Below, one piece after another: positions 36,068-44,181 of a DNA stretch of 64,000 bases (position 1 is its first letter; each line of letters opens with the position of its first letter). Under the pieces are notes generated by a model, which was not told where the DNA came from, did not search any database, and worked only from the letters and a program-made list of their open reading frames with translations. Source of the stretch: Spirochaetia bacterium (GTDB taxonomy: Bacteria; Spirochaetota; Spirochaetia; SZUA-6; Bin103); NCBI GenBank assembly GCA_965203055.1, contig OZ241863.1, positions 4,257,813 through 4,321,812 on the forward strand, in the 5' to 3' direction. The position numbers were made by a program, and so were the translations under genes.

Positions 36068-37003
36068 ATGGAACACCCTGAGGCGGCGCCGGTAACGCTG
36101 GGCCGCGGCCTGCGGCTGCCGCGCATCGGCCTGGGCACCGGCCTGCACGGCGAGGTGTCGGAGCGCCAGTCGGTGAACACCATCGAGCACGCCCTGCGCT
36201 GCGGGGTGCGCTTCTTCGATACCGCGCCGTTGTACGGCAACGGAGTGGCCGAGGAGCGGCTCGGCATCGCCCTGCGCGGCGTCCCGCGCGACAGCTACGT
36301 GCTGAACACCAAGGTCGGCATCCTGTCCGGCGGCGTCACCGGCGACTTCGTCTACGACTTCAGCGCCGGCGGCGTGGAGCGTTGCTTCGAGCGCAGTCTG
36401 GGCCGGCTGCAGGTGGAGCGCATCGACATCCTGCATCTGCACGAGCCGGAGGGGTTCGCCGATCAGGTGCTGGCCGAGACCCTGCCGGTGGTGACCCGCT
36501 GGCGCGAGCAGGGCTTGATCCGCGCCGTCAGCGCCGGGGTGAACCACTGGCGCTTCGCGGAACCATTCGTGGAACACCTGGACTGCGTGCTGCTGGCGGG
36601 GCGCTACACCCTGCTGGAGCAGGGCGCGCTGCCGTTTCTGGAGCGCCAGCGGCGGGCGCGGCGGCCGGTACTCGGCGCCGGCATCTTCAACAGCGGCATT
36701 CTGGCGACCGGCGCCGGCTCCGGCGCGCGCTACAACTATCTGCCGGCGCCGCCGCCGTTGCAGGAGCGGGCGCGGCGCCTGCAGCAGATCTGCGAGCGCC
36801 ACGGGGTGGAGTTGGCGCACGCCGCGGTGCAGTTCGTTGCCGCGCAGTCGGCCATCGCCGCGCTGATCTTCGGCGCCTGCAGCAGCGCCGAGCTGGACCA
36901 GGCGCTGCGCGGTGCGCGGGCCTCCACGCCGCCGGCCCTGTGGGCTGACCTGCGCGCCGCCGGGCTGCTCGACCCCGCCGCGCCCACACCCGAACCCGCC
37001 TAG
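36068..37003 (+). CDS. Aldo/keto reductase
   Basis: LPRIGLGTG..., VRFFDTAPLYGNGVAEERLG, ...ILHLHEPE. Confidence 0.8.
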   Translation: MEHPEAAPVTLGRGLRLPRIGLGTGLHGEVSERQSVNTIEHALRCGVRFFDTAPLYGNGVAEERLGIALRGVPRDSYVLNTKVGILSGGVTGDFVYDFSAGGVERCFERSLGRLQVERIDILHLHEPEGFADQVLAETLPVVTRWREQGLIRAVSAGVNHWRFAEPFVEHLDCVLLAGRYTLLEQGALPFLERQRRARRPVLGAGIFNSGILATGAGSGARYNYLPAPPPLQERARRLQQICERHGVELAHAAVQFVAAQSAIAALIFGACSSAELDQALRGARASTPPALWADLRAAGLLDPAAPTPEPA

Positions 37004-37152
37004 CCGCCGGAGAAGCCGTGCGTGCATGGCATGCATGGGCATGCATGCAGTCAGTGTTGCCAAATCGCTGATCGGATCGTACGATGAGCGTTACGTTTGG
37101 TTGATCGCGGCGGTGGTGTGGTAACCGCCGCGGCAATCGGAGGAGGCGAGGT

Positions 37153-38148
37153 ATGACGAGACGGAAGGGGCTCCTGGTGTTGCTTGCGCTGCTGGTGCCG
37201 GTGGCGTCGATGTTCGGCGAAGGGGAGAGCGAGAGCGGTCAAGAACTCACTACGGTTACGTTTCGCATGAACTGGAAGTTTTCCGGGCCCCATGCGGTGT
37301 ATCTCCTGGGGAAGGAGCTTGGCTTCTATGCCGAAGAAGGCCTCGATCTGCAAGTTCTGGAAGGGAATGGATCGGTTACGACCGGGCAGCTCGTGGGAAA
37401 CAAATCAGAGGATTTCGGCTTGGCCGACGCGACCGCGTTGATTCCCATCATGGCGCAGGGGCTACCGATCGTATCCGTGGGCATGGTTACGCCGACGTCG
37501 GCGCTGGCTGTAGTTGCCCGCAAGGATAGCGGCATCCGCACCATGAAGGATCTGGAGGGACGGAAACTGTCGGTGACCGCGGGCGACGCGCTGACGCAGA
37601 TATTCCCGGCCGTCATCGCTGCCAACGGGCTCGATGAATCCAGGATCGACCTTATCTACGTCGATGCGGCCGCCAAGATTCCAACGGTGCTGGAGGGAAA
37701 GACCGACGCACTACTTGGCGCAGCCGGCGATCAGAGTGTAATCATGGAAGATCGTGGATTCGAGGTCGTGACCCTGAAGTTTGCCGATTACGGAGTAAAT
37801 ATCCTCAATCTTGGAATCTTCGTTCATCGGGATACCGTAGAAGACAACCCGGATCTGATCCGGCGTTTCCTGCGCGCCACGAAGCGTAGTCATGAAGCTC
37901 TCGACGAGCACTACGACCAAGCCATGGAGCTTCTCGTGGATATCAAGAAGGAACTCAAGGTAGAGGTAGCAAAACAACAGGGATCCGCATACTACTCGCG
38001 TATGGAGTCGACCAATTGTGACGATGCGGAGATACTCTACAACTGTCCGGGAGACTGGCAGATGACGGTTGATATCATGACTACCTATCGCGATCTCGAG
38101 GGCGCCATCGACGCGGCAGAGTTCTATACCAACGAATTCCTTCCGTGA
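37153..38148 (+). CDS. ABC transporter substrate-binding protein (NMT1/SsuA-like)
   Basis: Signal peptide, then FRMNWKFSGPHAVYLLGKELGFYAEEGLDLQVLEGNGS. GC is lower than the flanks. Confidence 0.75.
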   Translation: MTRRKGLLVLLALLVPVASMFGEGESESGQELTTVTFRMNWKFSGPHAVYLLGKELGFYAEEGLDLQVLEGNGSVTTGQLVGNKSEDFGLADATALIPIMAQGLPIVSVGMVTPTSALAVVARKDSGIRTMKDLEGRKLSVTAGDALTQIFPAVIAANGLDESRIDLIYVDAAAKIPTVLEGKTDALLGAAGDQSVIMEDRGFEVVTLKFADYGVNILNLGIFVHRDTVEDNPDLIRRFLRATKRSHEALDEHYDQAMELLVDIKKELKVEVAKQQGSAYYSRMESTNCDDAEILYNCPGDWQMTVDIMTTYRDLEGAIDAAEFYTNEFLP

Positions 38149-38149
38149 C

Positions 38150-38947
38150 TTGAGCTCCACCGATCCGGCAGGCTCCGGCCTGTTCCTTTCCGTGGAGTGC
38201 CTGAGCAAGACCTTCGAGTCGGACAAGGGTAACGTACGGGCACTCGACGACTTCACCCTCAAGGTGTCGGAGGGTGAGTTCGTCGCTGTCGTGGGACCAA
38301 GCGGATGCGGCAAGAGCACGTTGATGATGCTCGTGGCCGGTCTTCTCCAGGCCAGCGCCGGGCGCGTATCCTTCCGCGGCACCAAGGTCGATGGGCCGGT
38401 CACCGACGTTGGTATCGTGTTCCAGAATCACGTGCTGCTTGATTGGCTCACGACCATGGACAATGTCCTGTTTCAGATCGATATGCGGCGCTTGCCGCGC
38501 AGCCGCTACGAAACCCGAGCCCGAGAGCTGATCTCGATGGTCTCACTGAACGGATTCGAACACGCCTACCCCTATGAACTTTCCGGAGGCATGAAGCAGC
38601 GCTGCGCCATATGCCGTGCTCTGCTCCACGATCCTCCGTTGCTGCTGATGGACGAACCGTTCGGCGCACTCGACGCGCTTACCCGTGACCAGCTCTGCAT
38701 TGATCTCGAAAAGATCTGGCTTACCACCAGAAAGACAGTACTGTTCATCACTCACAGCGTGTCCGAGGCGGTGCAGCTCGCCGATCGAATAATCGTGATG
38801 ACTCCGCGACCCGGCAGGCTCTATCGCGAGGTTGCCGTGGAATTGCCTCGCCCGCGCTATGCGGACGGCGTGGATAACGAGCGGGCCGCACTCCTGGTAC
38901 GACAAATCAAGCAATCGTTCCTGGATCAGGGAGTGCTGCGAAGATAG
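38150..38947 (+). CDS. ABC transporter ATP-binding protein (SsuB/TauB-like)
   Basis: GPSGCGKST, LSGGMKQR, LLLMDEPFGALD. Confidence 0.85.
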   Translation: MSSTDPAGSGLFLSVECLSKTFESDKGNVRALDDFTLKVSEGEFVAVVGPSGCGKSTLMMLVAGLLQASAGRVSFRGTKVDGPVTDVGIVFQNHVLLDWLTTMDNVLFQIDMRRLPRSRYETRARELISMVSLNGFEHAYPYELSGGMKQRCAICRALLHDPPLLLMDEPFGALDALTRDQLCIDLEKIWLTTRKTVLFITHSVSEAVQLADRIIVMTPRPGRLYREVAVELPRPRYADGVDNERAALLVRQIKQSFLDQGVLRR

Positions 38948-38950
38948 CCG

Positions 38951-39730
38951 GTGGAACGGATGTTACGGATCATCTGGAACCGACATACTCAAACCGCAGC
39001 GTCGTTTCTGGTATTCTTTCTGCTGTGGGAACTGGCGGTGATCGGGTTCGAGATAAGATCCTACATCCTTCCTGCTCCGACCGAGATATTTCAGGCTCTG
39101 TTGAAGTATCATTTGGAACTCCTGCACGCGCTGCTGTTCACCGTCCGCAGTCTTATGATTGGCTACTTCGTGGCGGTGCTGTCGGGAATCCTCCTCGCTC
39201 TTCCCATTGCCTACTCCGTGTTCATGCAGCGGTCGGTCTATCCTCTCATTCTCTTCTTCCAAGTCATCCCGAAGGTGGCCTTGGCTCCGATCTTCGTGAT
39301 TTGGTTTGGTTTCGGTCTGCCGCCGAAGATAATGATCGTCTTTCTGCTTTCGTTCTTCCCGGTCGTTATCAATGGTATCGTCGGGCTTCGTTCCATCGAC
39401 CAGGACGTGATCAGCCTGACGCGATCGACCGGTGCCAAGCCTGTCGACGTATTCCTCAAGGTCCGTCTTCCGAGTGCGTTGCCCACTTTCTTTGCGGGAT
39501 TCAAGTTAGCAGCGATATCGGCAACCATCGGGGCCGTGATCGGCGAATTCATCGGTTCCGACGCCGGCCTCGGGTATATCATCTTGACTGCCAACGGCGA
39601 CCTGCAGACCGACTACTCTTTCGCTGCCATCACCGTGCTGACGGTGTTGGGACTGGCCCTGTATTACACGGTCGAGGGTATGGAACGGGTCCTCATACCC
39701 TGGCACATTTCGCAGCGGGCGGGAAATTGA
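38951..39730 (+). CDS. ABC transporter permease (SsuC-like)
   Basis: Multiple TM segments and an EAA-like loop (TRSTGAKPVDVFLKVRLPSALP). Confidence 0.8.
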   Translation: MERMLRIIWNRHTQTAASFLVFFLLWELAVIGFEIRSYILPAPTEIFQALLKYHLELLHALLFTVRSLMIGYFVAVLSGILLALPIAYSVFMQRSVYPLILFFQVIPKVALAPIFVIWFGFGLPPKIMIVFLLSFFPVVINGIVGLRSIDQDVISLTRSTGAKPVDVFLKVRLPSALPTFFAGFKLAAISATIGAVIGEFIGSDAGLGYIILTANGDLQTDYSFAAITVLTVLGLALYYTVEGMERVLIPWHISQRAGN

Positions 39731-39857
39731 TGCCCGACTTCTCCACGCTCAATGAGCAGGACGCGGTGTTCATCGGCGCTGACCGGCGCGGTCGGCAAGG
39801 GTCGTACCGCAAGCGCTGGAGCGGCACCGTGTACCGGGGCCGGCAGGAGGCTTGCCG

Positions 39858-40730
39858 CTAGGCGGCCGGAAGGCCGTAGACCCGTACCGCGTTGTGGCGC
39901 AGCACGCGGGCGCGTTCGGCGGCGGTGAGGTCCGGCGCGGAACCGAGCATGGCGGCGTACGCTTCGCCGTAGCTGCCGCCCACCAGCTCCGGCGGCCAGT
40001 TGCTGCCCCACAGCAGCCGCTCGCTGCCGAACGCCTCGAACAGCACCGCGGCGGCGCGGCGCAGTTGCTCCCGGTCGCAGCGTGGATGGCAGTGCAGGAA
40101 GAAGGAGGAGTACTTCACCACCACGTTGGGAACCGCCGCCAAGTCGCGTACGTGCCGTTCCCACGGCGTCAGGTCGCCGCTGCGGAACGGCGGCAGCCCG
40201 CAGTGGTTGAGCACGAAGGTCAGCCCCTCGTGGCGGCGCGCGAACCGGCCAACCGCCGGGATCAGCGAGTGCTCCACCAGGATGTCCAGCACCAGGCCGC
40301 GCCGCTGCAGCTCGCGCGCGCCGCGGTCGGCCGCGGCGTCTTCCTCCCACCGCTCGGGCGGGAGCTGCGGTTGACTGCGGATGCCAACGAACCACGGCTT
40401 GCCGGCGTAGGCGTCCAGCCACTCCGCGAGGCGCGGCGAGGTAATGCCGTAGCTGCCCACCAGCCCCAGCACGTCGGCGTGCTGCTCGCACATCGCCCCC
40501 CACTCCAGGTTGTGGCGGTGCGAGTCGGGCGCCGCGCCCACGATCACCGCGCCCTCGGCGCCGATGGCGGCCAGTTCGGGCCGCAGGTGGTGCGGCAGGT
40601 AGTCGCGGCGCAGGTAATCGCGCCCGCGAAACCAGCCGTCGTAACCGCGATAGCCGGCCAGCTCCCAGAAGTGGACGTGGGTATCGATCGGCCTCACCCC
40701 GCCGTTACCGGCCCCATCCGCACTGTTCAT
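39858..40730 (-). CDS. Amidohydrolase 2 family protein
   Basis: ATG at 40730. IDTHVHFWEL..., ...FVLNHCG... Resembles lactonase-type amidohydrolases. Confidence 0.75.
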   Translation of the reverse strand: MNSADGAGNGGVRPIDTHVHFWELAGYRGYDGWFRGRDYLRRDYLPHHLRPELAAIGAEGAVIVGAAPDSHRHNLEWGAMCEQHADVLGLVGSYGITSPRLAEWLDAYAGKPWFVGIRSQPQLPPERWEEDAAADRGARELQRRGLVLDILVEHSLIPAVGRFARRHEGLTFVLNHCGLPPFRSGDLTPWERHVRDLAAVPNVVVKYSSFFLHCHPRCDREQLRRAAAVLFEAFGSERLLWGSNWPPELVGGSYGEAYAAMLGSAPDLTAAERARVLRHNAVRVYGLPAA

Positions 40731-40789
40731 GCCCCGAGTCTGGCCGACGACGACCTCCAAAGTCACTAGCCGAACCGAAGGGGCAGGAC

Positions 40790-40894
40790 GGACTGGTACG
40801 GCTCCGAGTAGGCGGCTGGCGTGTCATAATGCGCGACGATACTGTCCTGCGGATTCTGAACGTATCCAGCAGAGGCAGCGCCTACCAGGAGTGA
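40790..40894 (+). pseudogene. RelE/ParE (HigB-like) toxin gene remnant, C-terminal ~34 codons
   Basis: Encodes LVRLRVGGWRVIMRDDTVLRILNVSSRGSAYQE-stop, the typical C-terminal strands of RelE/ParE toxins. No N-terminal part or start is present. Confidence 0.5.
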
Positions 40895-40912
40895 GTGCCT
40901 TGAAACGAGACG

Positions 40913-41263
40913 GTGACGATACCCAGGGCTGAGTATGAGCGGCTGCGTGCTCTGGAGGAGGATTTGGCTGACATCCAGGCTGCGCTGGCGGTGGAGGCCA
41001 GGCTCGCCTCGGGGAAAGAAGAGATGATACCGGCCTTCGTGGTCGACCGCCTCCTCGACGGCGAGCCCCCGTTGCGGGTGTGGCGCGAATTTCGGAATCT
41101 TACTCAGTCCGATCTGGCCCGTATCAGCGGTGTCGACCGGACCCAGATCGTAGACATCGATGCGGGGCGCAAAGACGGTTCGGTATTCACCCTGCGCAAA
41201 CTCGCCGCCGCCCTTCGCGTTTCCGTGGACGACATCATACCAGCAGCAGATACCCCGACCTGA
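40913..41263 (+). CDS. XRE-family HTH antitoxin-like protein (HigA-like)
   Basis: GTG at 40913. ...PLRVWREFRNLTQSDLARISGVDRTQIVDIDAGRKDGSVFTLRKLAAALRVSVDDI. Confidence 0.7.
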   Translation: MTIPRAEYERLRALEEDLADIQAALAVEARLASGKEEMIPAFVVDRLLDGEPPLRVWREFRNLTQSDLARISGVDRTQIVDIDAGRKDGSVFTLRKLAAALRVSVDDIIPAADTPT

Positions 41264-41361
41264 CAGCCGATTCACTCCCCGTCGCCAGCTCCGTACATAC
41301 CGCTGACTTGTCGCTACGTGCGCCGCCCTGACCTGACCGTCGCTGACCGGCGGCGGCGCGG

Positions 41362-42216
41362 CTAGCGGGCGGCGCGGTCCCAGCCTTGGCGGATGGTGTC
41401 GTAGCCGACGCGGTAGACCTCTTCGTTGCTGGCCGAGAAGTCGCGCCACACGCAGGTGGTGGCGGCCAGCTCCGGCAGGGTGCGCCCGAACGCCTCGATG
41501 GTGAGCCAGCCGTCGTAGCCGCCGCCCCGCAGCGCGCGGAAGGTGGCGTCCCACGGCACGTGGCCGCGCCCCGGCGTGCCGCGGTCGTTCTCGGAGACGT
41601 GGACGTGCTCGATCAGCGGCAGGTGCGGCGCAATTACCCCAACCGGATCCTTCTCCTCCAGGTTGGCGTGGAAGGTGTCGTACATCAGGCGGAAGTTGGG
41701 ATGATCGACCCGCCGCACGTGGGCCGCGGCGGCGGCCAGGGTATTGAGGAAGTAGCACTCGAACCGGTTCAGCGCCTCGACCGCCAGCGGAATCTGCGCC
41801 TGCGCGGCGTACTCCGCGGCCTGGCGGTGCGCGGTGGCGGCGCGCTGCTGCTCGTCGGCCGTGGGGCCGGTGCCGGTGAACTGGCCCAGCGGCTGATAGA
41901 ACGGGCCGCACAGCAACTCCGCCCCCAGCGCCGCGGCGCAATCCACCGCCCACTTGAGATGATCCACGCCGGCCGCGCGGCGCGCGGGATCGGCGCTGAG
42001 GATGTTCCGTTCCTGATCGGGAAGGATGGTGACCGCGGTGCGGCGCAGCTCGTGGCCGTCCAGTTCGCGCGCGACCCGGGCGTAGTGTTGCGGGGTGCCC
42101 TCGAAGATCTCCAGCTCGACGCCGTCGTAGCCGGTCTGCTTGAGGGGGGCGAACAGCGGGAAGTGCTCCTCGGTCACGAACGGGGTCCAGAGCAGCATGT
42201 TGAAGCCAATCTGCAT
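41362..42216 (-). CDS. Sugar phosphate isomerase/epimerase (xylose isomerase-like TIM barrel)
   Basis: GYDGVEL, ...LAVEALNRFE..., HVHVSENDRG. Confidence 0.8.
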   Translation of the reverse strand: MQIGFNMLLWTPFVTEEHFPLFAPLKQTGYDGVELEIFEGTPQHYARVARELDGHELRRTAVTILPDQERNILSADPARRAAGVDHLKWAVDCAAALGAELLCGPFYQPLGQFTGTGPTADEQQRAATAHRQAAEYAAQAQIPLAVEALNRFECYFLNTLAAAAAHVRRVDHPNFRLMYDTFHANLEEKDPVGVIAPHLPLIEHVHVSENDRGTPGRGHVPWDATFRALRGGGYDGWLTIEAFGRTLPELAATTCVWRDFSASNEEVYRVGYDTIRQGWDRAAR

Positions 42217-42280
42217 GGTCCTGCGACGTTACCCGGTTGCGCTATGAGTGGCAAAGGGCCGGGCGCTATGATGCGCCGCG

Positions 42281-43273
42281 ATGGCTCGCTGGGCGCGCGG
42301 CGGCGCATGGTTCGCCAAGAACTGGTTTCTCCTCGGGCTGCTGGCGGCGGTAGCGCTGGGCCTGGCGGCGCCGCGCGCCGGCACCGCGGCGAGCCTGAAC
42401 GGCGCGACCGCGACCGCGCTGGTGATGGTGCTGTTCTTTCTGTCCGGCGCGAGCCTGCCCACCGAGGCGATCCGCGCCGGCCTGCGCGACGTGCGCCTGC
42501 ACCTGTTCCTGCAACTGTTCATCTTCGCCGCGGTGCCGCTCTACTTCGCCGCCGGCGCGGCGCTGCTGTGGCGCAACGCCGACCCGCGGCTGGTCGCCGG
42601 CATCTACGCGCTGGCGGTGCTGCCAACCACCGTGTCGAGCTGCATCGTGTTTACCCAGCTCGCCGGCGGCAACGTGGTCGCCACCATCTTCAACGCCTCG
42701 CTGGCCAACATGGCCGGGGTGTTCCTCTCGCCGCTGCTGTTGTCGCTGCTGCTGCAACAGAGCGGCCGCGCCCTGCCCGCCGACGAGTTGTTGCGCGTGC
42801 TCGTCGCGCTGTCGGTCAAGATGCTCCTGCCGGTGGCGCTCGGTCAGTTGGCGCGCGCGCGGCTGCGGGAAACCGTGCGCCGCTGCCGCCGGGGGATTTC
42901 GGTGTTCATGAACGCGGCCATCGTGGTGATCATCTGGTTCTCATTCTCACGCCCGGCGCTGGATCCCGCCTTCGCCGCGTCGCTGCTGCGGCTGTGGCCC
43001 CTGTTCGGCTACCTGGTGGTGTCCCACCTGCTGCTGCTCGGCGCAGTCTGGGGAATCAGCCGCGCGCTGCGGCTGGACCGGGCCAATACCTGCACCGCCC
43101 TGTTCGTAGCGCCGCAGAAGACCCTGGCCATGGGCGCCCCGCTGCTCAGCACCTACTTCGCCGCCATGCCGGACCAGCTCGGCATGGCGCTGCTGCCCCT
43201 GATCGTCTATCACTTGTGGCAATTGACCGTCGCCGGCTTCCTGCCGCGCCTGCTCAGACCCGCCGACGATTGA
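42281..43273 (+). CDS. Bile acid:sodium symporter (BASS) family transporter
   Basis: ~10 TM segments. NWFLLGLLAAVALG..., PTTVSSCIVFTQLAGGN, ...APQKTLAMGAPL. Confidence 0.75.
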   Translation: MARWARGGAWFAKNWFLLGLLAAVALGLAAPRAGTAASLNGATATALVMVLFFLSGASLPTEAIRAGLRDVRLHLFLQLFIFAAVPLYFAAGAALLWRNADPRLVAGIYALAVLPTTVSSCIVFTQLAGGNVVATIFNASLANMAGVFLSPLLLSLLLQQSGRALPADELLRVLVALSVKMLLPVALGQLARARLRETVRRCRRGISVFMNAAIVVIIWFSFSRPALDPAFAASLLRLWPLFGYLVVSHLLLLGAVWGISRALRLDRANTCTALFVAPQKTLAMGAPLLSTYFAAMPDQLGMALLPLIVYHLWQLTVAGFLPRLLRPADD

Positions 43274-43337
43274 CCGGGCGCTCGCCCCGCGCCGGCCAAC
43301 CGTGTACGGGACGACCCGCGGAGATGGTTCCTGGCGG

Positions 43338-44063
43338 CTAGAACATCTTGGCGTCGCTGCGGCGGAAGGAGGCGGCGCTCAGGCCCTGCTCGCGGGCGAG
43401 ACGGCGGCCGGCGGCCGCCCAGCGGAAGCCGCGCCGCATCAGCTCGAGCGGCGCTTCCTGGGCCATGACGTCAGCCTTGTGGCCCAGCGAGTTGTAGAAC
43501 ACCCGCCCGGCGCCCCAGCGCTTGGTCCACACCACCGGCATGTCCACCGGCCCGTTGCTGCTGTGGTACCAGTCCACCATCGGGAAGCGAGTGGTGGCCA
43601 GCACCTCCACGGCCGGATCGACGTGCAGGTAGTACTGCTCCGAGCGGACCTTGAAGTCGTCCATGCCGGCGGTAATCTCGCTGGAACCGGGCCGCAGGTT
43701 CACGACGTACTCCACGCCGTCGCCGCCCGGGTGCGACACCCAGTTGCCGCCGGTCATGAACTGCCATTGCACCGAGTCGCGGAACGCATCGCACATGCCG
43801 CCGTGGCAACCGGCCAGCCCGACGCCGTCGGCGACCGCCTCCACCACCGGCTCCACCTGCTCGCGGGTGATGCTCCCCATGGTCCACAGGGGGACGATCA
43901 GGTCCAGCTCGCCCAGGCCCTCATGGTCCCGGAAACGGTCCAGCGCGGCGGCCACTTCGACGGCGAACCCCTCCGCCTCCAGCACCCCGCGAAACAGCTC
44001 CGCGGTCTGCTCCGGCTCGTGGCCCAGCCAGCCGCCCCATACGATCAACGCTTGCTGCTGCAT
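43338..44063 (-). CDS. ThuA domain-containing protein
   Basis: ATG at 44063 (MQQQALIVWGGWLGHEP). ...GLAGCHGG and ...VWTKRWGAGRVFYNSLGH. Confidence 0.8.
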   Translation of the reverse strand: MQQQALIVWGGWLGHEPEQTAELFRGVLEAEGFAVEVAAALDRFRDHEGLGELDLIVPLWTMGSITREQVEPVVEAVADGVGLAGCHGGMCDAFRDSVQWQFMTGGNWVSHPGGDGVEYVVNLRPGSSEITAGMDDFKVRSEQYYLHVDPAVEVLATTRFPMVDWYHSSNGPVDMPVVWTKRWGAGRVFYNSLGHKADVMAQEAPLELMRRGFRWAAAGRRLAREQGLSAASFRRSDAKMF

Positions 44064-44181
44064 TACGCGCCGATGGTACCCTGCCGCCGCCGCTCGCTCA
44101 AACCCCGCCCCGGCGGCGGCACGCGGCGCCGCATCGTCGCGCTTCTCGACCGGACCCGAATAGGGTACCGTGCCCCGAGCC

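Noticed and set aside
34448-37063. 871-aa minus-strand ORF treated as one protein
   Set aside because: Only the C-terminal 505 codons (from the ATG at 35965) look like a sulfatase. The upstream part is antisense to a well-supported aldo/keto reductase gene (36068-37003).
37004-37152. TPP (THI-box) riboswitch upstream of the NMT1/THI5-like binding protein
   Set aside because: The conserved CUGAGA and ACCUGAUCYGGWUAAURCC elements are not present. There is only a weak GCTGATCGGATCG resemblance.
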